Assembly (NCBI GenBank): GCA_038207945.1
Contig: JBBQZG010000002.1
Coordinates: 5,888-69,887 of the forward strand
Reading direction: 5' to 3'
Length of the DNA: 64,000 bases
Source: Burkholderiales bacterium
GTDB lineage: Bacteria; Pseudomonadota; Gammaproteobacteria; Burkholderiales; Burkholderiaceae_C
Positions within the stretch are counted from its first letter, which is position 1, and each line of letters starts with the position of its first letter. This document shows positions 11,404 to 22,447 of the stretch, piece by piece. Under the pieces are notes generated by a model. It had not been told where the DNA came from. It was given only the letters and a program-made list of their open reading frames with translations, and did not search any database. The position numbers and the translations under genes were made by a program.

Positions 11404-12459
11404 TCAACGCAAGGCGGATGACTTGAACGCCTGAAGGGCACCAGACCCGATCGCGACACCAAAACGCTTGACCAGACGCTCTGCCACGTTGTCACGCCGG
11501 GTGTAGTCGATGATTTCTTCGGCCTTGACCACCTCACGGGCAACAAAATCAAGGCTGCCCAACTGGTCGGCCAAACCCAGCTCAATGGCCTGCTGACCAC
11601 TCCAAAACAGGCCGCTGAAAGTCTCAGGGGTCTCTTTCAGACGCTGTCCGCGGCCAGCCTTGACCGCCGAAATGAACTGCTGATGAATCTGGTTGAGCAT
11701 GGTCTGGGCATAAGCCCGCTGCGTGTCGGTTTGCGGGCTGAACGGGTCCAAAAACCCCTTGTTGGCACCGGCCGTCATCAGGCGACGCTCTACACCGAGC
11801 TTATCCATCAGCCCGGTAAAACCAAACCCGTCCATCAAGACCCCGATGCTGCCCACAATGCTGGCCTTATCGACAAAAATCTGGTCTGCAGAGACCGCAA
11901 TGTAGTACGCCGCCGAGGCAGCTGACTCTTCCACCACCGCGTACACCGGCTTTTTGTGCAAGACCTTGAGGCGCCTGATTTCGTCGTTGATGATGCCCGC
12001 CTGCACCGGACTGCCGCCCGGTGAATTGATCAGCAACACCACAGCTTGGGCACCTGCGTCATCAAAAGCAGCGCGCAAAGACGACACAATCAACTCAGCA
12101 CTGGCTTCGGCACCGGAAGCAATTTCACCCTTGATTTCGATCACAGCGGTGTGAGGTGTGGTCACGTCTTGCCCTGCGCCACCCTGACTGAAACCCAGCC
12201 AGGCCACCGTCACAAAAAACAGCAACCAGGCCACACGCACAAAAGTGCGCCAGCGCCGCGCCAGTTGCTGCTCGCGCAAACTGGCAAAGACAAGTTTTTC
12301 CAATGTGGCGCGCTCCCACCCCTGGGACGCCAAAGTGTCGCCATCCGCTATATTTTTTGTAGTGTTAGACGCTTTTATATCGTGGGATGCAGCCTGATTT
12401 TCTTTAATATCAGGGGCCATAGGCGTTGCCTCGGTGCCAGGCGTGACGGGATCATTCAT
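11404..12459 (-). CDS. S49 family signal peptide peptidase (SppA-like)
   Basis: INSPGGSP, ASAAYYIA, VGSIGV. Confidence 0.92.
   Translation of the reverse strand: MNDPVTPGTEATPMAPDIKENQAASHDIKASNTTKNIADGDTLASQGWERATLEKLVFASLREQQLARRWRTFVRVAWLLFFVTVAWLGFSQGGAGQDVTTPHTAVIEIKGEIASGAEASAELIVSSLRAAFDDAGAQAVVLLINSPGGSPVQAGIINDEIRRLKVLHKKPVYAVVEESAASAAYYIAVSADQIFVDKASIVGSIGVLMDGFGFTGLMDKLGVERRLMTAGANKGFLDPFSPQTDTQRAYAQTMLNQIHQQFISAVKAGRGQRLKETPETFSGLFWSGQQAIELGLADQLGSLDFVAREVVKAEEIIDYTRRDNVAERLVKRFGVAIGSGALQAFKSSALR
12346..12411 (-). repeat. ~65-bp AT-rich repeat, in-frame copy in the S49 peptidase N-terminus
   Basis: Minus strand GATATTAAAGAAAATCAGGCTGCATCCC...CACTACAAAAAATATAGCG, encoding DIKENQAASHDIKASNTTKNIA. 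Confidence 0.7.
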
Positions 12460-12823
12460 GTGGAATTGCCGGTTGAAGTTTTTCTGAAGTATGCCAGTGC
12501 ACGATACCGTCAGTCTCTGAAAGCTCAATTTTGACCAATCCTCCGCGGCACGGCCCCATACGGCAATGGCCACTCTGTGGCGCATACATGGCACCGTGGG
12601 TGGCACACATCAGCCAATGACCCGTGGTGTCAAAAAACTCGTTGGGCTGGTAGTCCATTTCCATCGGTACATGGCTACAGCGATTTAAATAAGCATAAAC
12701 CCGGCCCTGGTAGCGCACGGCAAAGGCGGCATTGCTCTGTCCAAAATACAGCACATCAAACGGCACGGCGTAACTGCTGTCCGCCAGGTCTTGGGAGTGA
12801 CAAAGAAACACGGGCTCCGACAT
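12452..12823 (-). CDS. Rieske 2Fe-2S ferredoxin
   Basis: NRCSH...CATHGA. Confidence 0.9.
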   Translation of the reverse strand: MSEPVFLCHSQDLADSSYAVPFDVLYFGQSNAAFAVRYQGRVYAYLNRCSHVPMEMDYQPNEFFDTTGHWLMCATHGAMYAPQSGHCRMGPCRGGLVKIELSETDGIVHWHTSEKLQPAIPHE

Positions 12824-12832
12824 GCCTTGGCC

Positions 12833-13492
12833 TCAGCCATTCACACGCAACCAGCCATGCAATTGGGGCACGTCATGCGCGACATAGATCGGACTGAGTT
12901 CGTGAAATGCCAGGGGGTCATGCGCACCATAACTGACGCCCACACTGGCACAACCAGCGTTCAGCGCCATTTGCAGGTCGTGCGTGGTGTCTCCAATCAT
13001 CAGCGTGCGGTCGGGTGGCACATCAAATTCTTCCATCAGTTCACGCAGCATCAGGGGATCGGGCTTTCCTGCCGTCTGATCAGCTGTGCGCGATGCGTTG
13101 AAGGCACCGGCAAGAGTCACCGTGCTCAGGGCCTCATCCAGGCCACGGCGGCTTTTGCCAGTGGCCACAGTCAACACATGCCCCCTGGATTTCAGATCGG
13201 CCAGCATGTCTAACACACCGGCAAACAGGCTTATTTCATGCTGGATCAAAAAATAGTGGTGGCGGTAGCGATCCCCCAGCAAGGGGTAACGCTCTTTCGG
13301 CACGTCTGGGGCCGCATGGGCCAGTGCCTGCATCAGGCCCATGCCAATGACAAACGATGCCGCTTCATGCGTTGGCATTTTCCCGCCCACATCGACCACA
13401 GCCGCCTGAATACAGCGGGCGATGATGGCCGTGGAATCGAACAGGGTGCCATCCCAGTCAAAGGCGATGAGATCAAAACGACGTTGTGTCAT
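12833..13492 (-). CDS. HAD-IA hydrolase (phosphoglycolate phosphatase-like)
   Basis: FDWDGTL, KPDP, MIGDT. Confidence 0.9.
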   Translation of the reverse strand: MTQRRFDLIAFDWDGTLFDSTAIIARCIQAAVVDVGGKMPTHEAASFVIGMGLMQALAHAAPDVPKERYPLLGDRYRHHYFLIQHEISLFAGVLDMLADLKSRGHVLTVATGKSRRGLDEALSTVTLAGAFNASRTADQTAGKPDPLMLRELMEEFDVPPDRTLMIGDTTHDLQMALNAGCASVGVSYGAHDPLAFHELSPIYVAHDVPQLHGWLRVNG

Positions 13493-14526
13493 GAATTTGG
13501 GCGCGCAGGCGCTTGCTGTGAAGAAAATTGGGCCAACTCAGGCGGTAACTCTGCCAGCAATTCCAGGCGCTCACCGCTTGCGGGGTGATTGAACTGCAAA
13601 CGCCAGGCATGCAAAAACATCCGTTTGAGCCCGAGCATGGCGTCGGCACGCGCCAATACTTTGTTGAGTTCGAAATCACCGTATTTATCGTCACCCAAAA
13701 TCGGAAAGCCTTCGCTGGCCAGATGCACACGAATCTGGTGCGTGCGGCCGGTTTTGATGGTGACTTCCAGCAAGCTTGTCCCCTGCAGGGCTTCACGCAC
13801 CCGTACCAAGGTCACAGAAGGCATACCGTCAGGGTCATCGCGCGACACCACTTTGACGCGGCGCTCACCTGCCTGGGCATCTTTTCCATCCAATAAATAT
13901 TTGTGCAGCGGCTTGTCCAGGACCTTGAGCTTGGCAGGCCATTGACCGCGCACCATGGCCAGATAGGTTTTACCGGTTTGACGTTCCCGAAACTGGTCTT
14001 GTAAATTTTTCAGGGCGCTGCGCTTTTTGGCCACCAGCAAAATGCCGCTGGTCTCACGGTCAAGACGGTGCACCAGTTCGAGAAACTTGGCTTGTGGCCG
14101 CGCCATGCGCAACTGCTCAATCACGCCAAAGCTCACGCCTGATCCGCCATGCACCGCCACGCCAGCTGGTTTATTGATCACCAGCAAGTGCTCATCTTCG
14201 AGCAGGACGGCAAAGTCACGCGCAGGCACACCGCGTGCCACACCATCAGCCATGGCTTGCGCTTTTTCTGCCATCCGCTCTGACACGCGAACCGGTGGTA
14301 CACGCACCAGATCGCCATCGTTCAAGCGGGCGTCGGCACCCACCCGGCCTTTGTTCACGCGCACTTCACCGCTGCGGATCATGCGGTAAATGTGCGTCTT
14401 CGGGACACCTTTCAGGTGACGCATCAAAAAGTTATCAACTCGTTGGCCCGCGCTGTTTTCATCCACCAACACGGTTTTGACTTCTGGCTTTAGGGTCGAG
14501 GGTTTGGCCTCTATAATGTGTTTCAC
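13489..14526 (-). CDS. rluC: 23S rRNA pseudouridine synthase RluC
   Basis: S4 domain, HRLDRETSG, TGRTHQIRVH; divergent from rne. Confidence 0.92.
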   Translation of the reverse strand: MKHIIEAKPSTLKPEVKTVLVDENSAGQRVDNFLMRHLKGVPKTHIYRMIRSGEVRVNKGRVGADARLNDGDLVRVPPVRVSERMAEKAQAMADGVARGVPARDFAVLLEDEHLLVINKPAGVAVHGGSGVSFGVIEQLRMARPQAKFLELVHRLDRETSGILLVAKKRSALKNLQDQFRERQTGKTYLAMVRGQWPAKLKVLDKPLHKYLLDGKDAQAGERRVKVVSRDDPDGMPSVTLVRVREALQGTSLLEVTIKTGRTHQIRVHLASEGFPILGDDKYGDFELNKVLARADAMLGLKRMFLHAWRLQFNHPASGERLELLAELPPELAQFSSQQAPARPNS

Positions 14527-15048
14527 TAGCGGTACGCTGTAAGTGGTTGATTTAACTGATGGTTAATTCTTTATGTCGGTGAAGTTTAGTTCACGTGCCA
14601 TTTACCCCGCCAGTAAAGTCGATACCGCCTGACACGCCAGCCGCAAATGCGCAACCCAATGTTGCGCATGGCGGCCCGGGTGACAGGTCAAAACGGCGCC
14701 TTGAAACCCAGAATCGGAATACCCAAAATTTGCAGCCCTTGGCTGTGAATGGAATGAAGCGATATGTTTGTGTTGATGTCCCTGATGTGTAAATGCCTGC
14801 AGCGCGCAAACGTGCTGTGGAGCTGCACGCATCAGCCATCTGCGCCCTTCCAAGGGGCGCACCATGCTGTTAGATCAATAGCAAACTCTTTCCCAAACCC
14901 CGTCGCTCCCCTCCACGCGCCCATACCCAGATTCATTGTGTGAGTTTGGGTTCTTCGGCTTTTCCTCCTTGTTTCAAAGCGTCAGTTTGTGTGTCATAGG
15001 AGCCCGATGAGGCTTTCGGTTGATATTTGAATTGAAGGAACGCCACCC

Positions 15049-18000
15049 ATGAAACGGATGCTGATCAACGCGACGCAGGCTGAAGAACGCCGCCTCGCCA
15101 TTGTCGACGGACAAAAACTGCTCGACTATGAAATCGAAATTGAAGGGCGCGAGCAGCGCAAGGGCAATATTTACAAGGCCGTGGTCACACGCGTCGAGCC
15201 CTCTTTGGAGGCCTGTTTTGTAGATTACGGCGAGGAACGCCACGGCTTTCTGCCGTTCAAGGAAATCTCGCGGCAGTATTTCCAGCCGGGCGTTGCTGTC
15301 AGCCAGGCACGCATTCAGGATGCCATCAGGGAAGGCCAGGAGCTGCTGGTTCAAGTCGAGAAAGAAGAGCGCGGCAACAAGGGTGCTGCGCTGACAACTT
15401 TTGTGTCACTGGCTGGCCGTTACGTGGTCTTGATGCCCAATAACCCACGTGGTGGTGGCGTGTCGCGCCGCATTGAAGGCGAAGACCGTGCCGAACTCAA
15501 AGAGGCACTGGACCAGCTCGAATACCCCAACGGCATGAGCATCATCGCCCGTACCGCAGGCATCGGCCGCGCTGCGCCAGAGTTGCAATGGGACCTGAAT
15601 TACTTGCTGAAACTGTGGGGCGCCATTGACGGTGCAGCCAAGGGCGGCAAGGGCGCGTTCCTGATTTATCAGGAATCGTCGCTGGTGATCCGCGCGATCC
15701 GCGATTACTTCAACCACGATATTGGTGACATCCTGATCGACACCGATGACGTGTACGAACAGGCGCAACAGTTCATGGCTCATGTCATGCCTGAGCATGC
15801 GGCGCGCGTCAAACGCTACCGCGACGATGCACCCCTGTTTTCTCGTTTCCAGATCGAACACCAAATCGAATCTGCCTACGCACGCACTGTACAACTGCCA
15901 AGCGGTGGCGCCATTGTGATTGACCACACCGAGGCCCTGGTCAGCGTGGACGTGAACTCAGCACGTGCCATCAAGGGCGGCGACATCGAAGAAACCGCCA
16001 CCCGCACCAACCTGGAAGCCGCGGAAGAAGTAGCGCGCCAAGCACGCCTGCGCGATCTGGGTGGCTTGATCGTCATCGACTTCATTGACATGGAAGAAAG
16101 TCGCAACCGACGCGACGTGGAAAACCGCCTGCGCGATGCCTTGCGCCAGGACCGGGCCCGCGTGCAATTTGGCACCATCAGCAAATTTGGCCTGATGGAA
16201 ATGAGCCGCCAACGGCTGCGCCCAGCATTGTCTGAGGGTGCATCCATTCCCTGCCCGCGTTGCGGTGGCTCGGGTCATATCCGCGACACGGAATCCAGCG
16301 CACTGCAAATTCTCCGCATCATCCAGGAAGAGTCTCTCAAAGACAGCACCGCCTCGGTGCTGTGTCAGGTACCCGTTGAAGTGGCCTCCTTTTTGCTGAA
16401 TGAAAAACGCACTGAAATCGCCAAGATCGAGCTCAAACAGCGTATCAACGTGATCATGGTGCCCAACAAGTCGCTTGAGACACCCAACTACCGCCTGGAA
16501 CGCCTGAAACACGACGACCCGCGTCTGGACAACATCGAAGCCAGCTACAAAATGGCCGATGAAATCGAAGAAGCAATTTCGGTGACACGCCGCTCGCAAG
16601 AGCCCACCAACCGTCAGACGCCCGTGATCAAAGGCGTGTTGCCCGATGCGCCTGCGCCAATCGTGCCACCCAAACCTGAAGCTGTACCTGTGCCACAGGC
16701 CGTGCAGCCCCACGCCAAACCCATTGCTGCGCCAGCTGTCGTTGAAAAAGGTTTCTTTGGCTGGATCAAGAACCTGTTTGCAGCAGAGCCCGCACCCGTG
16801 CCCACACCTCCTCAAGCAGCGACTGTGGAGCCATCCAAGGAAGACAAACGCCCTCCTCGCGATGGCGGCCGACCCAACCGGGACAATGCCCGCCGGGGCG
16901 AACCGCGTGGCGATGGACGCTCTGACAGGGGCCCTCGCCCTGATGGGCGCGCACCGCGTGGCGAAGGTCCGGTTGAAGGCCGTGGTGACGGTCGAGGCGG
17001 CAACCGCGGTGGTAACCGTGGTGGTAACCGTGCTGAACGCGGCGACCGGCCAGAACGTGGCAACGGCCCACGTGAGCGTCTTGACGTGCAAGCCAATGGC
17101 CTCGCAGCCGAGGGCAACACCAACGTCAATGTTGACGCACAGCCAGGCAACATGACTGACGCAGGCCGCACTGAGCAACGCCCGGAGCGCACCAGCCGCA
17201 ATGCTGAACGAGGTGAGCGTGGTAACCGTCCGGAACGCAGCGAACGTCGCCCACGGACCCCACGTCAAGAAGATGACGTGACGTCCAGCCCGGAACAAGC
17301 CAGCGTCAGTCTGGCCGATGCCGATGCACCCCAGGTGACCACTGAAACCGGTGAGGCCAGCGCACCCAGTGACACCCGCACCGATGGTTCACCAAGAGAA
17401 AAGCGACCACGTGACCGCTACGGCCGCGAACGCAGGCCGCGCGGTGACCGCGTCGAGCGCAGTGACCCTGCAGACGTGCAAACCGCCTTGGCACTTGAAG
17501 ACGCACCACAAGACGAGGCTGCACCGCGCAAGTCGTACTTTACGCAGACTGCTGGTGGCGCCGCAACCGCACCAGTCACTTCTGCGGCGGCACCACAAAA
17601 CCCCGTGGAAGCACCCACCCCGGCCAATGAAGTTGCAATGGCGGCGGCAATGCCCCAGGCAATTGATCAGCCAAGCCTTGTCGAAGCTGTCGCTGCGATA
17701 ACCAGCCACACCAGCCAGGTGGGCGTCACTGCAAAACCCGTTGCCAGTGCCCCAGCGCCGGTGGTTGCAAAGCCTCCAGTAGCAACTGTTGCCACCGTGG
17801 GCATGCCCAAAGTGCAACCATTCGCCTTGCCGTTAGGCGAACTGGCTCAGGTCGCTGAGCAGTCTGGTCTGAACTGGGTGAACTCGGATGCAGCCAAGGT
17901 GGCTGCGGTACAAGCAGCGATCGCGGCCGAACTCAAGCCGATGCATGCACCACGCGAACGCCTGCCCGTGGCTCGTCTTGATGACCGGCCTTTGGTGCTG

Positions 18001-18063
18001 GTGGAAACTCGCCGTGACCTGCGCAACATGACGCTGCCATTTGAAAACACCGAGCAGGTTTAA
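15049..18063 (+). CDS. rne: Ribonuclease E
   Basis: [32 protein letters not shown] zinc link, [10 protein letters not shown] membrane anchor, Arg-rich disordered C-terminus. Confidence 0.97.
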   Translation: MKRMLINATQAEERRLAIVDGQKLLDYEIEIEGREQRKGNIYKAVVTRVEPSLEACFVDYGEERHGFLPFKEISRQYFQPGVAVSQARIQDAIREGQELLVQVEKEERGNKGAALTTFVSLAGRYVVLMPNNPRGGGVSRRIEGEDRAELKEALDQLEYPNGMSIIARTAGIGRAAPELQWDLNYLLKLWGAIDGAAKGGKGAFLIYQESSLVIRAIRDYFNHDIGDILIDTDDVYEQAQQFMAHVMPEHAARVKRYRDDAPLFSRFQIEHQIESAYARTVQLPSGGAIVIDHTEALVSVDVNSARAIKGGDIEETATRTNLEAAEEVARQARLRDLGGLIVIDFIDMEESRNRRDVENRLRDALRQDRARVQFGTISKFGLMEMSRQRLRPALSEGASIPCPRCGGSGHIRDTESSALQILRIIQEESLKDSTASVLCQVPVEVASFLLNEKRTEIAKIELKQRINVIMVPNKSLETPNYRLERLKHDDPRLDNIEASYKMADEIEEAISVTRRSQEPTNRQTPVIKGVLPDAPAPIVPPKPEAVPVPQAVQPHAKPIAAPAVVEKGFFGWIKNLFAAEPAPVPTPPQAATVEPSKEDKRPPRDGGRPNRDNARRGEPRGDGRSDRGPRPDGRAPRGEGPVEGRGDGRGGNRGGNRGGNRAERGDRPERGNGPRERLDVQANGLAAEGNTNVNVDAQPGNMTDAGRTEQRPERTSRNAERGERGNRPERSERRPRTPRQEDDVTSSPEQASVSLADADAPQVTTETGEASAPSDTRTDGSPREKRPRDRYGRERRPRGDRVERSDPADVQTALALEDAPQDEAAPRKSYFTQTAGGAATAPVTSAAAPQNPVEAPTPANEVAMAAAMPQAIDQPSLVEAVAAITSHTSQVGVTAKPVASAPAPVVAKPPVATVATVGMPKVQPFALPLGELAQVAEQSGLNWVNSDAAKVAAVQAAIAAELKPMHAPRERLPVARLDDRPLVLVETRRDLRNMTLPFENTEQV

Positions 18064-18090
18064 CCTTCACGGCTGATTCATTTCTCCAGC

Positions 18091-18118
18091 AAAAAGGGCA
18101 CCGATGGTGCCCTTTTTT
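18091..18118. terminator. Bidirectional intrinsic terminator
   Basis: AAAAAGGGCACC-GAT-GGTGCCCTTTTTT between convergent rne and the GGDEF gene. Confidence 0.85.
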
Positions 18119-18134
18119 GTGTCTCGGTATGAGA

Positions 18135-19199
18135 TCAGGCCACGCTGGCTTCTTCATCCATTGCAGGCGCACCAAAAAAACCGCGGCGCGCCAAACCAGG
18201 GTAGCTGCAGGCTTTGTTGCCACCGCTGCGACGGGCAAAACCTACCGCCTTTTCTGTTTTCTCAAGACCACTGCCTGGTGAGTCGTCTTCCAGCACCGTG
18301 GTGAAGCCACAACTCACCGTGACCCGTCCAACCTTGGAAAAATTGTAGTTTTCAACATTGGCACGAAACCGCTCGAACGCCCCCAACACCAAGGCTTCGT
18401 CCGGGCAATGCAACAACACACCAAAATGGTCATGGCTGAACCGGTAAAGTCGATCGTAGGTGCGAAACGTGTTGCTCAAAATACGGGCCACACGCGACAA
18501 GACGTCTTCTGCGGCAGCACGCCCATGGTTTTCGGAGATCAAGCCAAAATTATCAATTTTGGCCGAGCCCAACCAATAGTTGGCAGGCACACGGTGGCGA
18601 CGCTCCTGGTCAACTGGCGTGTCACCGTCCGGTTCGCTCATGGCCTCTTCAAGGTCTTCCAGCACCGCACTATAAAACGCATCGTCAAGCGATTTGCGGT
18701 TGAGCAAGCCGGTCATGGCATCGCGGTCACTGTATTCCAGCAGGCTGTACATGTTGCGGTAAATACGCCGCAAGTTGTCCACCATTTGCAAATTCTCAGC
18801 GTTCAACGCCCCTTCAGAATGCAGCTCCAAAATCCCCTGGTTGTCGTCACGCAGTTGCGAAAACAAAGGCAGCATGTTGATCCTTGGGCCATCCGGTCCG
18901 GCCCAGGCGATTTCGACACGATCGCGCAATTGCAAGCATTTCAAACGGTCTGGCGCATCTTCAAGTTTGACCAACGACAGGAAATCAACCCGTAGCGGAT
19001 CAATCACCCGACCACCTCCTTTGGCATCCAGTCGGGCCACCTCCAGCCAGCGGCCCTCGCCTTCCTCGCGCGCCACCCGGGCAATCACAATGCGGTCCAC
19101 CGGCAACAAGTCGAGCAATGCCTTGGAGAGGGTAAGTTCCAACAGGTCGCGATCACGGTGATCTGTCAGCCTGACGATGTGTTCGATGTATGTACTCAT
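18135..19199 (-). CDS. Degenerate GGDEF-domain protein
   Basis: DAMTGLLNR, IDNF...HG; RTYD I-site; SHDHF in place of GGEEF. Confidence 0.85.
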   Translation of the reverse strand: MSTYIEHIVRLTDHRDRDLLELTLSKALLDLLPVDRIVIARVAREEGEGRWLEVARLDAKGGGRVIDPLRVDFLSLVKLEDAPDRLKCLQLRDRVEIAWAGPDGPRINMLPLFSQLRDDNQGILELHSEGALNAENLQMVDNLRRIYRNMYSLLEYSDRDAMTGLLNRKSLDDAFYSAVLEDLEEAMSEPDGDTPVDQERRHRVPANYWLGSAKIDNFGLISENHGRAAAEDVLSRVARILSNTFRTYDRLYRFSHDHFGVLLHCPDEALVLGAFERFRANVENYNFSKVGRVTVSCGFTTVLEDDSPGSGLEKTEKAVGFARRSGGNKACSYPGLARRGFFGAPAMDEEASVA

Positions 19200-19276
19200 G
19201 GTCAAATCATAGACGTGAAATGTTGATTCGTCTCGTCAATCAGAAACCAGTTGCCCAGGCGCCGCTGGGCACCCAG

Positions 19277-20572
19277 TCAAGTTTTGCGCCGCAGCCTGAC
19301 TTGCGCTGCACTGCGCCAGGCCGCCGCAGCTTCAGCCTCATCACCCTGGCGTTGTGCCAATTCTGCCAACACCTGCCAAGCCCGAGTCTGTAGCCCAGCG
19401 TCCTCCAGCCTGGGCAGCGCCAGCCGAATCAGTTGGTGTGCCTTGCCCCAAAGCTGCAGATGCAAACACGCCACGCCCGACAGGTACTGCAATATGGCGT
19501 CGCCAGGGTAGGTCATTTGTGCCTGCTCGATGCGCGTCAGCCATTGGGTATCAATTGCATCCTCAGTGGCAGAAAATCCGTTTTCCATCACGCGTACCAG
19601 CATAATTTTCTGATCTTGCGACAAACTCTCAGGTGAATTGACCAGGCGTAACCATACCGGAAGCAACCATTCAAATGCCATTTTTGCAGGGCCACCCAGT
19701 CGCAACCAACGGCCAGCCGCCGCACAGGCGACCTCAGGCAGGCTTTGCTCATTGGGTTCTAACTTTCGCCAAACCACCTGCAGTTGGTCGAGATCGTAAG
19801 CACTTTGGATCCATTCCTGCGCCAATGAACGCAGCAAACTCCTGGCAGAAATCTCTGAAAAAGCCCGGTGCTTGGCCAGTAAACGCGCCGTTTCCAGTGC
19901 CAAACCTGACTTGCCGGCCATTCGGGCCACCTGCAGGCGCAAACGCAGCGCCACTGTGCGCCTGGCCACCCCTGAGGGCAACTGATCGAGCCAGGCAAGC
20001 GCAACCGCAGCGTCATGGTCTTCCAACGACCAACGCACCGCGCGCAACAGCAACCCATCGCGTGTGCCACTGACATCGCTCACGCTTGTCTGCGTGAACG
20101 CCTGCTGGAAATGGTGTTCGCGGGCCAGACGGTCCTGCAATGACTGTGAACTCTCTGCCGCAAGCAGATTCGCCAGCACGCGCAAGCGCGTGGCGTCGGT
20201 CCAGACCTCGCCGCTCTGCGTCAAAGCGGCTTCACGTGCCAACGCCGTTTGCGCTGCTTTTCTGGCCCGCAGAAAACGACCGGCCAGCAGGTGCGAGAGT
20301 GCCTCCAGCATGGCCGAGTGCATGGCGCGTTCTTGATGGCGTATGCGCCAGGAGCGTGCTTGTCCAGGCAAGGCAAACAGCGCCGACAGCGCCTTGAGCG
20401 CCATATGCATCAATGCAAATAGCAAGCCCAGCAAGAGCACCACCATGTTGAGTGACAAATCCACCCGGTGCGGTGGCCAGAATACCGTGATGGTGCCGGC
20501 ATTGCTGCTGGCAAACAACGCAAGCGCGACCGCCACCCCAAACAAGCCCAAAAACCACAAGGCGACACGCAT
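19277..20572 (-). CDS. hemY: HemY-like heme biosynthesis-associated TPR membrane protein
   Basis: N-terminal TMs with RVDLSLN, LWGKA C-terminal motif; hemCDXY operon. Confidence 0.88.
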   Translation of the reverse strand: MRVALWFLGLFGVAVALALFASSNAGTITVFWPPHRVDLSLNMVVLLLGLLFALMHMALKALSALFALPGQARSWRIRHQERAMHSAMLEALSHLLAGRFLRARKAAQTALAREAALTQSGEVWTDATRLRVLANLLAAESSQSLQDRLAREHHFQQAFTQTSVSDVSGTRDGLLLRAVRWSLEDHDAAVALAWLDQLPSGVARRTVALRLRLQVARMAGKSGLALETARLLAKHRAFSEISARSLLRSLAQEWIQSAYDLDQLQVVWRKLEPNEQSLPEVACAAAGRWLRLGGPAKMAFEWLLPVWLRLVNSPESLSQDQKIMLVRVMENGFSATEDAIDTQWLTRIEQAQMTYPGDAILQYLSGVACLHLQLWGKAHQLIRLALPRLEDAGLQTRAWQVLAELAQRQGDEAEAAAAWRSAAQVRLRRKT

Positions 20573-20574
20573 AG

Positions 20575-21639
20575 TCAGCGCCCTGCAGCTGCCGTGGCCA
20601 GCACGGCCAAGCTGTCGTCTACGCGCGGGATTTGCAGCGTACGCATCTGCGATTGCACCTGCTGCAGCAATGCGGCGGTGGTCTGGGTCTTGCGGGCGCC
20701 TGAGTCAAAATATTTCTTAAGCATATTTTCAGCATCTGACAAGTCAGAGCGCGCAGATTCAATTTGGCGGGCCAGCAAGCCCAGACGGGCATTGAGCAAT
20801 TTCAGCTTGAGATTTTCACGCAGAAAAAAAGCTTGCTCAGGGGACAACAGCGCCGCCTCCGGTGATTCAATGCGGCTTACCCTGACCAGGTTACGAGCCT
20901 CACCCAGCAACAATTGCAGACCGTTTTGCCACCAACTTGCAGTGGTGACAACTGGGGGTTGCACCCCCTTGGGTGAAGTGCGTGGTGCGGCCACCGCATT
21001 GGCCAGCTCCAACTCATCCGCAAGATGCACCAGTTCATCAAGTTTGATGAGCATGGTGGGTGTGTCGCTCACCGCAGAAGACTTGACGCGTTCAATGTCG
21101 CGGGCAATGGCTCGCTGCAACAACGCCAGTCTCGGCTGGGCTGCACGAACAATGCGCTGATCGGCACTCTTGAGTGCTGCCAACAACGGCTCCACGCTGC
21201 CAGTTAACTGCGCTTGCTGCTGTGCCAGGCGCAAGGCGGCGTCAATGTCCACCACCAGGTTTTCATCACGGGAGCGCGAGAGACTTTGCATCAACTCGTC
21301 CAGCTGGCTGCGCTGCAGCGCGACTTCACTCAGGCGCGAGTCCAGCACAGCCGCACGCGCTGCGGCTTCCTGCGCCAATGACACCGCCTGTTTGGCCAGC
21401 GCCCGCGCCTCAAGGGATTGCGACTGCGCTTCTGCACTCTGGCGTGCCAACTGCTCCTGCATACCCGTGACTTTCTGCCACAGCAAACCCACAGTCAGCA
21501 ACGCCAAGACCGCCACCAAGCCAAGCGCAATAACGGCCTTATTCGACGCCGACGCGCCTGCCACCACCTGGGCTGCAGGTGGCGCCTGCGCCTCTACGGC
21601 GGCGGTGTTAGGAGTGTCAGTGGCAAGCTCAGGGTTCAT
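20575..21639 (-). CDS. hemX: HemX family protein
   Basis: TM plus coiled coil, LLSPEQAFFLRENLKLKLLNARL. Confidence 0.9.
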   Translation of the reverse strand: MNPELATDTPNTAAVEAQAPPAAQVVAGASASNKAVIALGLVAVLALLTVGLLWQKVTGMQEQLARQSAEAQSQSLEARALAKQAVSLAQEAAARAAVLDSRLSEVALQRSQLDELMQSLSRSRDENLVVDIDAALRLAQQQAQLTGSVEPLLAALKSADQRIVRAAQPRLALLQRAIARDIERVKSSAVSDTPTMLIKLDELVHLADELELANAVAAPRTSPKGVQPPVVTTASWWQNGLQLLLGEARNLVRVSRIESPEAALLSPEQAFFLRENLKLKLLNARLGLLARQIESARSDLSDAENMLKKYFDSGARKTQTTAALLQQVQSQMRTLQIPRVDDSLAVLATAAAGR

Positions 21640-22445
21640 GCCAGCGATTCTATCGATGCCAATACATCAGCGAATACGGGACGCGCCTGTACCACCACAC
21701 CAAACCCCGTGGCACGGGCCGCTGCTGCAATTCTGGGGTGCGTCGCCACCGCACGGGCAGCAGACCAGTCTTGATGCGGCAACAGGTGTTGCAAATGACC
21801 CAGTGCTTCGGCGCTACTGAACAGCCAGACCGACCGGTCCGTGGCACCCACCACAGCGACCTCACGCTGCGCCGCGGCCCAAATGGGTGCGCCGCGCTGG
21901 TAAGCCACTACAAAATCAACCTGTGCACCCGCATCAAGCAGGTGCTGCGCCAGCCAGTCACGCCCTACACCGGCGTCGTTCTCAACGGTCACGGAGCCAT
22001 CTGCCGCCATGCTGTTGCCGCGCACGATCAACACTTTGTCACCGGACTGCACTTGGGTATGGACCAGCTGCCAGAGTGACTCGGAGTCGAACTGACCCGC
22101 CTGCTCCGACGGGGTGTCAATTTGTGACACGCCCACACCGTTGTCAAGCAGGGCATTGGAGGTTCCTGGGCCGGTCGCCCATGCTCTTATTTTTATAGTT
22201 GACTGCGCATGTTTATCAAGCGCTAGGGCCGGATTTTCCTTATAAAAAAAATCGACGGCATGGCGGCTGACAAACATCACCGCGAGGTAGCCTGGCAACT
22301 GCTGCCAGGCCGCCCGCACCGCGAAGGTATCTGCCAGGCGGCGCACCTCAATCAGCGGCAGCGCCAGAGCGTCATGACCCTGCGCGTTGAGCAAATCCAC
22401 CCAGGCTTGTGCCTGGGGCTGCACCCGGGTCACGATGATGCGCAT
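21636..22445 (-). CDS. hemD: Uroporphyrinogen-III synthase
   Basis: IIVTRVQPQ, LPLIEV, GRDWL, VVAYQR, FSSAEA. Confidence 0.9.
   Translation of the reverse strand: MRIIVTRVQPQAQAWVDLLNAQGHDALALPLIEVRRLADTFAVRAAWQQLPGYLAVMFVSRHAVDFFYKENPALALDKHAQSTIKIRAWATGPGTSNALLDNGVGVSQIDTPSEQAGQFDSESLWQLVHTQVQSGDKVLIVRGNSMAADGSVTVENDAGVGRDWLAQHLLDAGAQVDFVVAYQRGAPIWAAAQREVAVVGATDRSVWLFSSAEALGHLQHLLPHQDWSAARAVATHPRIAAAARATGFGVVVQARPVFADVLASIESLA
22182..22247 (-). repeat. ~65-bp AT-rich repeat, in-frame copy in hemD
   Basis: Minus strand TTTTATAAGGAAAATCCGGCCCTAGCGCTTGATAAACATGCGCAGTCAACTATAAAAATAAGAGCA, encoding FYKENPALALDKHAQSTIKIRA. Confidence 0.78.
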
Positions 22446-22447
22446 GC

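Noticed and set aside
16996-17031. GGNR x3 tandem repeat in rne
   Set aside because: Ordinary low-complexity sequence in the RNase E disordered C-terminus.
15958-17298. Long antisense ORFs (446 aa opposite rne; also 42362-43258, 49412-50254, 52164-53279)
   Set aside because: Shadow ORFs opposite well-supported genes, expected from GC-rich codon bias; no recognisable motifs.
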